DNA of 63,244 nucleotides, counting the filler, from Olpidium bornovanus S191 (lineage: Eukaryota > Fungi > Olpidiomycota): assembly GCA_017911155.1 (NCBI GenBank). It is 27 parts of 27 records of this genome, joined end to end, with 100 filler letters (N's around TTAATTAATTAA, not from the genome) between each part and the next. Parts side by side here need not be neighbours in the genome. Positions count along the whole stretch, not along the records: positions 33,426 to 35,448 come from JAEFCI010001686.1; positions 35,549 to 39,136 come from JAEFCI010006204.1; positions 39,237 to 40,351 come from JAEFCI010008962.1; positions 40,452 to 47,105 come from JAEFCI010007988.1; 23 more parts are not named here. One strand, 5' to 3'. Position 1 is the stretch's first letter, and every line of letters starts with the position of its first letter. The notes beneath the pieces were generated by a model. The model was not told the origin of the DNA. It made no database searches and saw only the letters and a program-made list of their open reading frames with translations. Shown here one piece after another: positions 35,339 through 47,205 of the stretch. Position numbers and translations under genes: made by a program.

Positions 35339-36078
35339 CTGCGCAAATAAAAACGGAGGAAAAGGGGCCGGGCGCGGGCGAGATGACACGTTTCAAAAGC
35401 CCGTCGAAAAGTCCTTCCCGCGCGCGTTCGGTGCGAAAGGGGAATGGANNNNNNNNNNNNNNNNNNNNNNNNNNNNNNNNNNNNNNNNNNNNTTAATTAA
35501 TTAANNNNNNNNNNNNNNNNNNNNNNNNNNNNNNNNNNNNNNNNNNNNCATGGCGGCGTCGGAACTGGGTTTGACTCAAGTCCCTCGAGGGTAAAGATGT
35601 TGTGCGAAAAGCCAAGTCTCGAGCGGGGTCTTCATCGGCGCCACGGCCTGCTTTTAAAACAGCTTGATCGCGATGAGGCGGAAGTGCACGACACCGTTGT
35701 CCTGGCCAACTGACGCGGCCTCGCCCCCGAGCCGTCGAACGTGATCTATAAAGGTCTTATAGTCAATTCCGCATTGTTTCCTTAAGCTGGTCAAACTTGT
35801 GACTTCTCCGGCGCGTTGGCTATTTGAAGAACTATTTCGGGCGTCACGGCGCGAGGAACGAGAAGCGGGTGTTGGGCCGTCTGCGGAGGGTCCGCGCTCG
35901 TCGTCAGCTTTGCGAACCGAGCTCGTCCTGTCCAGAGGAAGGCGCGCGTTCCACGGCGGCGGGAAAACGGGAGATGGACGACGAACTGTGCGGGAAAACG
36001 GGCGCTTTTGCGGTGATTGCGTCACCTCTCCGGGCACCCACCCCCCTTCCAACCTACGGCCAGGTAAACAACGCCACG

Positions 36079-38831
36079 ATGGAGCCCAGCCTGGCCGAGG
36101 ACAAGCAGACGGGAGGGAGCAGGGCGAGCCGTCTTACCGTCCTGTACGCCTCGCAGACCGGAAACGCCGAGTTCATCGCGAAGGCCGTCGCAGACGAGGC
36201 GCGGGAGAGGGGTTATGCCGTGCGGTGCCGGCCGCCGGACCACGGAGACGACAAGGACGAGGGCGCGCGGACGGGAATCCGCCAGCTGTCGGCGGACGAG
36301 GCGGAAGCCTTGTTAGCGCCGCCTGAAAAAGACCAGCCGTTCACCGTTGTCGTCTTTGTCGTCAGCACGACTGGAGACGGCGATCCGCCGGACAGCGCCA
36401 CCACGTTCCTCGACTGGCTGGAAAAGTCGGCGGCAGGAAGCTGTCCCCCCGGTTCCCTCGCTCATGTCCGGTACGCGGTACTCGGTAAGGCAAATAGCAC
36501 TGCGCCTGCACTGCACGTTCCATCAAAGTCTGATTGCAAGGTGCATTTGTAGAGGACGGAGGTCGCCCCGTTGGCTGCCGGCCAACCTGTTATTAAAATC
36601 TCGCCCACCGTCGTTTACCAGGCCTCGGTGACTCGAGCTATGACAACTACTGCAATACCGCCAAGCGCCTGGAGCAGTTCCTGAAGGTTCTAGGTGCCAG
36701 CCCGTTTTATCCGACGGTAAAGGCAGACGCGGCCAAGGGGTACGTCAGGGGACCTTGGAAATGGGATCCTCCGTGGATATGTGGCAATCCCTAAATGCTT
36801 TCTTTCCAAGGTCAGAGCTCACGGTTGACCCATGGGTTGATCAATTGTGGCCGGCGTTATCATTAGTTTGCTTTGCCGATTCTCAGCATACAATGGAAAA
36901 CGTCACGAGGTCATTCCGTTTCTTGGATCTGAGTGAGAGGGCGAAGTCGACTGCCGCAGTGGAGGACGTTCAACCTCGTCCGGAGGAGAATCCAGTCTCA
37001 GGAGATGTGGTACCAGTTCCAGCTCAATTGGTGGACGGGGATTCGGACGGACCGGCACAGACACGGGAGATGGAGGAAGAAGGGCTATATAACCATCGCC
37101 GACCTCGACCTCTACTGATAGACATTCCCGACTTGGGTGCGGTGACGAGTGTGAGCGGCCTCCCCCGACTACCGCCGCAGTGCTGCAAGCTGGTGCCGTC
37201 ATCCGTGCTCGCCGCCCCAAAGTTGAAAGAGAAAAGCTTGGTGCCGGATTTCCTGAAAACTCCCTCGCCAGTCCTTTATGCAACTCCGACCCGATTCCGC
37301 CAGCTCACGTCGGCGGATGCGCTCAAACGCACTTTGCTCGTCGAGGCTCGCTTACCGGAAGGCGACGCCGTCCAGTGGGTGCCCGGAGATGTCTTCGGGT
37401 TCATCGTGCCAAATCGGCGGGGCATGGTGAAGGAGTTGATTAGGAGACTCGGAATTCCTGCAGGAGAGGATAAGAAATTGGTCGACGTGATTGCCGCCGA
37501 GGGAAGCCAGCCGCCGTCGCACCTGGAGCATGCCCGGGGGACGACGATACGAGAATTGCTCGAGTACGCTGTGGACATCAAAACTTTCCCGAGGAAGGCT
37601 CTTATGCGGCTATTTGCCGAGTACGGGACGCATGAGGATGATAAAAAAGCACTTCTCTGGCTGGCAAGCAAAGAAGGTATCGACGAGAGCTGAAGAGGAG
37701 TCGGCTGCCGATTGTTTTCCAAAGATATCCAACTTCCGGCTCTGACTACGCTTTTGGTACCCAGGCGCCGGCGGCTTTGACGTACTTAGAGCGCAGGCGC
37801 CGAGCTTGCTTGACATCCTGAAACTCTTTCCGTCCGTATCTCTGCCGGTCGAGCGCTTACTTGACGTACTCCCGCCGCTGCAGCCGCGTTACTACTCTGT
37901 GGCCTCCTCGCCTCTAGCCGACTCGCACTTGGTTACATTTGCGTTCAACGTGGTGCGTTTCTTCACGCCGCAGCCGTATGACCAAGAACGGATGGGTCAC
38001 GCAACGACCTGGATAGAGAGGACCTACGAGCGACTGGGTTCTTCCGCGGCGCCACCGCGGCTTCTACCGATGTACCTCCGCCCGCCAACGAAGTCTGCTT
38101 TTGGCGCCGGGTTCCACTTGCCCGAAGACCCTTCCACGCCCGTGATCCTCATCGGACCGGGGACTGGAATCGCCCCGTTCATGGGGTTCCTGGCCCATCG
38201 TCATCTGCTTCGCGAGCAGGGGCCGGCCGCCGGAGACAGCTGGGTCTTCCACGGTTGCCGCGAGCGGAAGAAGGATTACCTGTTCCGGGACGAGCTGGAG
38301 GCGTACGCCCGCTTAGGGACGATAGCCGAGCTGACCATTTGCTACAGCCGCGAGCCGCGGGCGGGAATCGATGCGGACAGGCCTAAGTACGTGCAGGACG
38401 CCATTAGACTCCACGGTCGGAAGTTTTGGAGGTGGATGGACGAGCGGGGCGCGGCGATATACGTGTGCGGGTGAGTCCTACAATGCCACTTTTTTCTTCC
38501 GCTCTCGGCGTGTTCCGTAATTCGGTATCAACCACCGGGTGCGTGTCTCCGCTTTTTTTTTTTTCAGGGACGCCCGCGGCATGGCGCGCGGCGTGAACGA
38601 TTCGCTCGTGGACATCGCGGTCGACCACGGAGGGTTAAGCAAGAAGAAAGCTCTCGACACGATCGCGGAATGGAGCCGGAGCAAGCGGTACCTGAGAGAT
38701 TTGGTGAGACGAACACGGGGGAGGTTTTTTTTGTTTTTTTTTTTTTTCCTGTTTCGCCGCTCAAGATTCTTTCGTCTGAGTACACCGTGCTTTCGGATTC
38801 GGCCTTCCCGCCGCGCCTCCAGTGGGGTTGA
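36079..38831 (+). CDS. MTRR: Methionine synthase reductase-like diflavin (FMN/FAD/NADPH) oxidoreductase, complete
   Basis: Flavodoxin LYASQTGNAEFIA, VSTTGDGDPPD, YAVLG|LGDSSYDNYCN. MTRR-like ELTVDPWVDQLWPAL. PGDVFGFIVPN, LQPRYYSVASS, LIGPGTGIAPFMGFL, YVQDAI, YVCG|DARGMA. Ends YLRDL|WG* with a 9-nt last exon at 38823-38831. Confidence 0.82.
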
Positions 38832-40451
38832 AATAAAAAATGCGGCCTTTTTCTGCCGCGTTTCCGCTTTTTGCCGGCCGGATGAGTTTTGCGTCGCACG
38901 GAACAAAATATCGGGCCCCGACTATGACGGCAGTTCACGGTTTTGGCTTATAACGCAAGGCTGGTCGCGGACCGTCGTTCCCGTCATTTTAGAAACCCAG
39001 TTTATATTATTCAAAAGAATTTCCGACCCGGACGGAACGTTTCAGCGAAAAAAGGTCCGAGTTTTCGGTTGATTTGGCATCCGGAATTCTCTCGCTTTTC
39101 CCCAAAACGGCGTTGAATGAAGACGGGGGGGGGGGGNNNNNNNNNNNNNNNNNNNNNNNNNNNNNNNNNNNNNNNNNNNNTTAATTAATTAANNNNNNNN
39201 NNNNNNNNNNNNNNNNNNNNNNNNNNNNNNNNNNNNACTTCGATGTTCCTCACTTTTTCTCTCTCTCTCTCTCTCCTTTTTGTTTTTCTTTCTGCCTCGG
39301 GGCTCCGTCTTTTGGCATGCGCGGAGCCCGTCTTTCACAAGTGGGCGACGTGGGCTTTGCCAAAATCCTCACGGCGCACCTTCTTCCCCTCCAAAAGCTT
39401 GTTCGCCGTGCCCCGCGAAAATGGTTTGTTGGCAGGGCGGCGCGGAAGAAAAAAAAAAATTGCCGTTTGTAAATCGTGCGAGTTTGCCGGAAAATCCGCG
39501 GCTTGAGTAGAGCGTGTGTCTGGCTCAGGCGCTGGAACGGGCGGCCTCAACAGAAACAAAATGTCGAAGGCACCGGCCGGTCATACGAGTCAAAGACAAC
39601 GCATTGGGTGGTAGAATTCCAAGCGTATATCGTCGACATTGTTTTTTAATGTTTTAACGCGCAGTAATGTACGGGTCCCGGTGCAACCGAGCGCGACGGA
39701 ACAACATTAAATAAATATTAACTTTTTTTCCTGCGAGTTGAGGAAACCGAAACAGACGGCTCCGGCTGTTCGTCTGTAAAACGCCCGGCGTTTATGGGAA
39801 AGGACCGGAAGCAGTTTGTGATTTGGCGCCGTAAACTCGGTGCGAAGTTTGGATTAAAAAACCGGACACCTTTGCAAAAACCCACTAGAATTGCCTGTGG
39901 AAACGCGGGGCGGGAGGGGGGGGGGGAATGAGAGGTGGAAGGTGGGGATGGAGGGAGCGCGGGCTGGCGCACCGGCTGTGCGGCGGCGCGGAACATCCCA
40001 CACTCTCTCCCTCTTCCCCTTCAACCCCCACCTCGGCAAACGCATCTGCCAGGCATTTTCATTCGAATCCTTTGAGGGATTTTTGGGGCTTCGCGGAACC
40101 GCCGGGTGCGTTCGGCAGGCTCGGGAGTCGGAAGGTCGCGCTTCGCGCCGCATCGCAGACGGAAGCGCGCGATCTGGCAGGAAGTTCTGCTTAGACGGCT
40201 TAGTCCGGGTCGTGCCTCTTTCCCCTTCCTCATGCCTTTCTCCGGCCTCCCCTCCCCCACCCGCACACACACACGCCACCTGTATCGACGCATTCTTCTT
40301 TGGTGGCGTTTAGGCAGAGCTTCGCGGGCTTGTTTTCCAAACGCCCGGGAGNNNNNNNNNNNNNNNNNNNNNNNNNNNNNNNNNNNNNNNNNNNNTTAAT
40401 TAATTAANNNNNNNNNNNNNNNNNNNNNNNNNNNNNNNNNNNNNNNNNNNN

Positions 40452-40983
40452 CATGAGCGTGCATACCCGTACGCAGTCTCTTTGGTGGCCTTACCCCGGG
40501 GTGATCAAAATGGCAACGGCTCCTGCGACCCGTGCTCACACCCGCGGCAAATCGCGAATCAGCGTGTTTCTTTACAAATTCTTCCAGTCGAACCCACACG
40601 GCGGGGATGAAAATGACGGACTCTGCTTGCTTCCTTCGCGGACACCGTCCGTCAGAGGCGGCAGGATTTTTTTTTTTTTTTTACTCCTAACAGCTGCCGG
40701 CTGTGGTGCGGCGTTACTGGTTCGTAGGCAACGAGCGGGGAAGGGAGGAAGGGGCGACGCGTGGGCGGCTCGGGGAAGAATTTATTCGCGATGCAGGAAA
40801 TGGAAGGCGAGAAACGAGCGATCTGCGTTATCGAATCTGGCGGTTTTTTTTTTTCTTAGATGATGAAATTGAAAGCCGACTCGCGCGGCAGACCACAACC
40901 GTTACTCCGGGAGTGGCTCACACGAGTGTTGATGACGATCACGTGGAAAGTAACATAGGAAGTGATCTTAAAACGAATGAATA
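40452..40983 (+). CDS. Possible 3' exons of an unidentified gene
   Basis: A polypyrimidine-AG at about 40859 is followed by an open frame DDEIESRLARQ..LKTNE*. No family motif. Confidence 0.2.
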
Positions 40984-42675
40984 AAACTCCTGTAGACCCA
41001 AACCTAAACAGTTCGGGAATGAAGTGATTTTTTTTTTCAAACGGGAGGATGCCCCCCCCCCCCACCCTCCATTTCCCCTGTCGCACGCAACTCCCAAAAC
41101 CCTTTGTATTCCCGGTTTTCCAACCAAAAACAAAAAAGAGACTGCGCCCGCCGTCCGAAGTCCCGCGTCCGCGTCAGGTTATGAACCCAAGGACTGTCCG
41201 GCGAAGCTGACTTTCTCTTCCACGGCGACGGCGACACAACTTCCTGGCCACCGCGGCCGAGAGTTGCCACACCGCGACAGTGTCCCTTCCCGACCCTCAT
41301 GACCGAACTCCACAGTCGTCGCCTCACCATGGCGGTCGGGCGTTTTCCATCGCACTGGCGAGGGTCGGCAGCGACTGACCAGCAGACAAGCAAGTGCAAG
41401 AAATGACATAAAAAAACCCCCGGCGTCAGGAAGAGAGTTAGAGGAAAGCGGGAGAATAAAAACGCGATGCGCACGTCTGCCATTGGGCGCCGGCGGGTCA
41501 GTTTGGGCTCGCCTTGTCTCGGAAACACAGTGTATATATTCCGGGACTCTTGACGGTCGGTGGTGACTCTACTCGACTCCGGGTCAGATACCAAGAAGCG
41601 GCAATGTGGCACATGACTGTCTCACCGGATGGATACTCCATGGGGCTCCCTCGCAGGAGAGCATATATTTGGTGCGTGCCAAGATGCTGCTGTTGTGGTC
41701 GCTGACTTCCAACCCCGCCATCAATGGAGACAACTGCGAGAGACATGGAGTTTTATAGATTTGTGCTTCCCTTTTTCGCCCAGTGAGGTGAGGTGTCATG
41801 AAAGGAAGCGCAGGACAATTGCGAAATGGAGAAATTCCCTTATTCCCGGCAGCCCTCCCAGGCCATAAAGTGTCTAGAAACCCCCCCCCCCCCCCGTAAG
41901 ACCGATGGGCACAGCGCGACCAGGCCCGTAGAAGCAACGAGAAAAATCTTCCTCTACTTCCCATCTTTCTCGCCTTTGTCTTCGCGTCCGTGTACTCCGC
42001 GCCGCCGTTTTCGGGGATTGTGTTCACAGGTAGGGGTGGGTCCGCGTGGAAAGGATAAGCCCCTTGCTTTATCCCCTTTCCCCCAGCAGAAACATAAATA
42101 GGGTTATTTGGGGGGAAGTGAAAATGCGGAGGAAGAGGGGGACGAGAAGGACGGCGAGGAGCGGCGCGCGTTTCCCCCGCCCCCCGCCGCACGCGCGCGC
42201 GCATCAAACCCTTCTTCGGACGCCGCTCCACGAGGGAAAAAAGCAGAGCAGAAATATAAAGAAGAAAAAAAAAAAAAAACCGGGCCGGGGAAAAAAAAAA
42301 AAGAAAGAAAAAAAAAACCGAAACGCTCTTTGTTCCCGCGTCGTCCCCCCCCCCCCCCCCCCCAACCCCCCTTCCCCCCCGTCTCCCGCGTCCGCCCGTC
42401 TGCCGCCACGTTGTGTCCGCTGCGCTCGACGGCAACAGCAGCGGCGGCTGCGGCTGCCCCCACACGCGCGCGCTTTTATTGTTCTTTCGCCCGCCCGCGA
42501 CCGCCCGCCCCGTCGCGGGGCCTCGCGCGCGCGCCCTTTCTCTTGGCAGCCTGCTATTGCGACTGCTGCTACTACCGCGACCCAGCCAAATTTCCCCCCC
42601 TTTTCCCCGCCAGGCGCGATCCGCCGCTTCAGAAGAAGCTTGAGCAACCCCCGAGGGCGCCCGGCCGGAAAAACG

Positions 42676-44204
42676 ATGAAGTTCGGAAAGGCCCTGCTGA
42701 AGAACCAAGTCGACGCGTGGTCAGACAACTACATCGCTTACAAGCGGTTGAAAAAGCTTGTCGCAGAAGCTATCACTCGGAGGAAGCGGCTCGGCGTGCA
42801 ATCGCTGCCGGCCGACGATACGGCGAGAATCGGTAAGGCGCCGCTTGGCCGAGACGTTTTGTGCGATCGCGAAAGCGGAGAGAATTTCGAAAACGGCAGG
42901 AGACTGGAGATCGCTCCTGTCGCGTCTTGTTAACGCGAAAAAAAGGAAAGAAAAACGAGGTCGGGGGGAGCGGGGGGGGGGGGGGGGGGGAGAACGGGGA
43001 GCGGAGGGAGAGGCGTCCATGGTGTGCCCGGAACAGGAGACGTGTGATAAAAATAGAACGGAAAAGAAAATGAGACAGGAGTAATGACCTAATTTCTCCG
43101 TTCTCCGGGCTCGTTTCAGCGTTTTTCCACTGTCTGGAAGACGAGCTCCATAAGATGAACGCGTTTTTTGTCGCGCAGGTCGAGCAGACCTCGGCGCGCT
43201 GCCGGGACCTGGCGGCCTTGCATAGCGTCATATCTGCCAAGGTCACCTCGCCTCCGACCTCCCCGGAGGAAGTCACGTGCGTCCTCCCCTGGCACGACGC
43301 CCAGGCGGGCGTCGAGCCCGCCGGTCTGCCGCCCTCGCCCGCCGCCGCCGAGACCTCCTCCTCATCCACGCCCGCGGTCCTCGCGGTCCGCAATGGAAAA
43401 AAAACGCACGTCGCGGCCAAGTCCGGCGGCGGCGGCGGCTCCGCGCGCGTCGACCGGAGGGAGCTGGAGAGCTTGCTGGAAGAGGCGCTCGACCTCAAGG
43501 CCGAGGTCGACGCTCTGGCAATATACCAGCGGATCAATTTGGAGGGAGCCAGGAAAATCCTGAAAAAGTACGAAGGGGGCCGCGCGGTGTGCGAAGTGGG
43601 GGTGGGGTGGGGGGGGTGGGGGAGGGGGCCGAGGGCGGATAAACGGATGCGCAAACACCCCCAACCCCCCTTTTTTGTCGCTTCTCTTCTTTCTTTTTCC
43701 TCCGGTACGCCCCCCCCCCTTTCTCGCCTTGGGGTTTTGAGTTTCTTTCGCCGTCCTCCTTTCTTTTGTTTCTCCTTAGGTGTCCCCCCCACCACCCCTC
43801 CCCACCCCCACTTCTTTTCGATTTCGCGGTTTTCCGCCCATTCTGTTCCGGGTCGTTCGCGTGCGTTTCGTGCCCGCTCCTCTTTCTGTTTTCGTCTGGG
43901 GAGCGCAGGTTTGTTTTTTTAAAGTTTCCTTTTTTTTTATTCCCCTTTTTTACCCCTTTTGCTCCCCCGTCCCCACTCCCGCCGCGCATTTTTCTCTCGC
44001 CTTTGTGCTGCAAGGTATGATAAGCGTCTGAAGGACCAGAGCCAGTCCAGCTTTTTCGCCAAGAACGTCGCAAGTCTCCCGCTGGGTTCGCCGAACGTCC
44101 TTTCTTCGATCGAAGCCCTCGTGGCCAAGATCGTGACGGGCGCGCACGCGAGCGTCGAGGACGGGAAGTCGCGGGTCTGCGAATGGAAGACCTACTCGTT
44201 CTGA
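42676..44204 (+). CDS. SPX domain (stand-alone 264 aa if the stop at 44202 is used, or N-terminus of an SPX-LRR fusion)
   Basis: Exons 42676-42832, 43120-43567 and 44015-44204 splice in frame. MKFGKALL..WSDNYIAYKRLKKL, FFHCLEDELHKMNAFF and NLEGARKILKKYDK are the three SPX motifs. Confidence 0.92.
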
Positions 44205-44886
44205 TTTGTAACGTTTCGCGCCTTTAAGAACCTTCTCTGGCTTTTTTTTCTTAGAAAAAAATTCAAAGAAGGCAAGTTTTAATCCCGCGTGCCCACACAC
44301 ACACACAAACGCATACACACACACACACACCGACACGCATATACACACACACTATGTTCCCCTTCCCCCCCTGCCCTGCCAAACCCAAAGCCACCCACCA
44401 CCCCCTCGTTGCGCACCCCATTTTCGTTCTACGTTTTAACCTGACGTTCCATGCGGATCTGTGAAAAAAGTGAAAGGCAAATGGGGCGCGCGGCGAGTCG
44501 TAAGGCGCCGCGCACGCTGCCGCCCCATGTCGAATAGAGCGTCCGCGTACGCCAAAATCCCGTAATGCGCCGGCCTCTGTCAAACCTGCCGCAGCTTGTA
44601 GAACCCGAAAAAAGAACGCTGCGAGGCGAGGCGAGGAGCAGGGAAGGCTTTCTGTATTGGTGGTTACGGAAATAGCGCCGCTACGGTTACGTGGCTCACT
44701 TTATTAAGCAGGGCTCGCCTAGCCCCTCTTTATTCTGGAGTAGTGCGCTGATGAATCGGGGTTCTCCTCCTTTTCGCGCTGGTGCTGCGCCCCCGCTTTT
44801 TCTCCGCGTATCCAGCAGCCTCAAGGGCTGCGCCCCCCCCCCCTCCCCCCTCCCACTTCCCCTTTTTCCCCCCGGGGCGCGCGCAG

Positions 44887-46992
44887 AAGACCCGCCGCAT
44901 TCCCCACCGGGGAGCCTATTAGTCCGCGTGGGGTCCTGTGCTTGAGTAACGGGAGTGGGGGTGGGGGGGGGGAAAACCTTAGGGGTTTTTTTTTTTTTCC
45001 AGTCAGTTTTCATTTGTGCATCCGCCCTCATTTTTCCCCGCGGGCGCCCGCCGTCAAACAAAAACCCGGGGGGCCACCGCCGGTTCCCTTCAACCAGAGA
45101 CTGAGCGCGGGCGAGAAAAAGAGAGAGACAGAGAGACAGAGGGAGACAGGGAGAGCCGCCCAGGCGCAGAGGAAAACCCTCCCCACCGAGAAGAACCAGA
45201 CCAACCACCCCCCCCCCCCCCCCCCCCCCCCCCCTTTCTCTCCCCGGACCCCTCGGCCCAGCAATGGACGCGCGGAACACTTTCAACCGCCTGTGCATGC
45301 TGGCGGAGCACCACGCCTGCGTCCTGTGGTTCCTCGAGGGACTCACCACAACCCACAAGTTCGCCGTCAAGCAGCAGGACGGCGCCGTCGTCAAGCGGAA
45401 CCTCACCTTCACTGCCGCCTCGGGGCCGGGCCTGGCCGCCGGAGAGGTCGACCTCTCCCACCAGAGAATAACGGAGCTTGTGCGTTGCCGTGTTGCCTCG
45501 CTCGCGCTTCCACTTCCCCTTCCCCACTCCCCCACTCCCCATGAAAAGGGGACCTTCCGCGAAAACGACGGCGCTTCGTTTCTTTTTTGCTCCGCGTCCT
45601 TCGTTTCCTCACTCCTTTCCGTCGGGGGTGGGGGGTGGGGGATGGGTTACTGCTGGGGTGTCTTTTTGGTCTGATCCCGTCAGGCCGTGCCGCTCCCGGC
45701 GGTCCGCCGGCTGTCGGGGGTGCGCATCCTCCACCTGCAAGGCAACCAGCTCCGCTTTCTCCCGCCGACGCTCTTCCAGCTCACCGGTCTGGAAGAGCTC
45801 AACCTGGGCTACAACAGCATCGAGCGCCTGGACCGCGGCGTCGGGCAGCTGCGGCGGCTGCGCGAGCTGCTGCTGCACGGGAACCGGCTGGAGCAGCTCC
45901 CGCAGGAGGTCGGGCAGCTGCAGCGGCTCGAGGTGCTGGACCTGAGCGGCAACCGCCTGCGGCACCTCCCCGCCGAGATCGCGAGGCTGAGGAGGCTCAG
46001 GATGATCTGGTGCGACGACAACAGGTTCCAGCCGCACCCGCCCGGTGCCAGCGGCGCGGGCGCCGACGACGCCTTCCGCGTTGAGGATGCCGGCGGGGAG
46101 CTCCTCTACAGCGCCGCCGAGTCGAGAAGCCAGAACGCCGTGGCGCTGTCCCCCGGCGGGGCGGGACCGGCGGACCTGAGAGTGTACCACACCGTGTCCT
46201 CGATCCTGAACAGCACATCGTCGATGGCCGTGGAAGAGCAGGGCTACGGCGGCGGCGGCGCCGCAGCGCGTTGTCCGCGAGAACAGGCGGTGCCGCCGCC
46301 GCGACAGCCTGCTGTGCTCGCGCTCTTCGATATCGCGCTACAGGCGGCCGCGCAGTCCCTAGCTCGGAATCCGCACTGCTACTGCGCCCGGCGCGCCCGA
46401 TGCAGGCAAGCTGGTCTACCTGCCGCCGGCCCCGGGCTACCGCGGTCGCCGCCAACGCCGGAACCGCCTAAGGTCGGCTCTCAGGAAGAAGAAGAAGAAG
46501 AAGAAGGGGACCGACCGCCGGATAGCCCGGGGGGGCCGAAACCGCAGCGGCGGCAGCACGAACGGGCGGAACGGCGCTCGCCGGGGGAGGAGGAAGACGA
46601 CGACCGGAAGCCGCCTTCGACACCGCGAGAGACACCCCGATCAGATTGCAAATCCGGAACAGCGTGCCGGCTCGAGGTCGTGCCGCAGCTGCTCCTTGAT
46701 AAGCTGCGACCGTCACAGCTGCCCGTTTCCTGCTCCGTGTGCAGGCGGCCGGTATACCACGGCGGCATTCACTGGTCAGGAATGCTGATGAAGTGCAACA
46801 AGGTTTGTCGCTTCTGTAGCCGAATCGCCCCGAATCGCCCTGCGCATTTCCCCCACTCTTTGCTGTTCGCGTCAGCCAATCCTGAAAGCTTACTTCCCTC
46901 CCAATCCCCCTGGCGTTGCGCGCAAGGTCGTGCCCGTCGTGTACATCCTATGCAGCTATCAGTGCAGAGCTGCGAGCCGCATTCCACTCTAG
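44887..46992 (+). CDS. Leucine-rich repeat protein with LRRC58/LRRC28-like Cys-rich C-terminus
   Basis: Exons 45262/45264-45479, 45684-46802 and 46927-46992, plus a likely upstream exon at 44887-44945. About six LxxLxLxxNxLxxLP repeats. Tail SCSVCRRPVY...KCNKVVPVVYILCSYQC. Confidence 0.85.
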
Positions 46993-47205
46993 AACGCTGG
47001 AAATTCCAGCCTCGCGCTTTCTCTTTTCTTTCCCCTGTGGGGACTTCTTTTTTTTCTTTTTGCAGCGGTGGGAAAAAAGGTGCTGCAACTACCGGCTTGG
47101 AGCGCNNNNNNNNNNNNNNNNNNNNNNNNNNNNNNNNNNNNNNNNNNNNTTAATTAATTAANNNNNNNNNNNNNNNNNNNNNNNNNNNNNNNNNNNNNNN
47201 NNNNN

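Noticed and set aside
35549-35830. Minus-strand frame with in-frame TAA and TGA (possible readthrough or selenoprotein)
   Set aside because: One stop is TAA, no family motif or SECIS-like structure is recognisable; more likely a decayed or non-coding sequence.
39237-40351. Possible exons on this contig
   Set aside because: No family motif and no phase-consistent exon chain could be built.
40857-40970. ATGATGA...TTGATGA resembling C/C' boxes of a C/D snoRNA
   Set aside because: No CTGA D box and no terminal stem; the region reads better as a coding exon.
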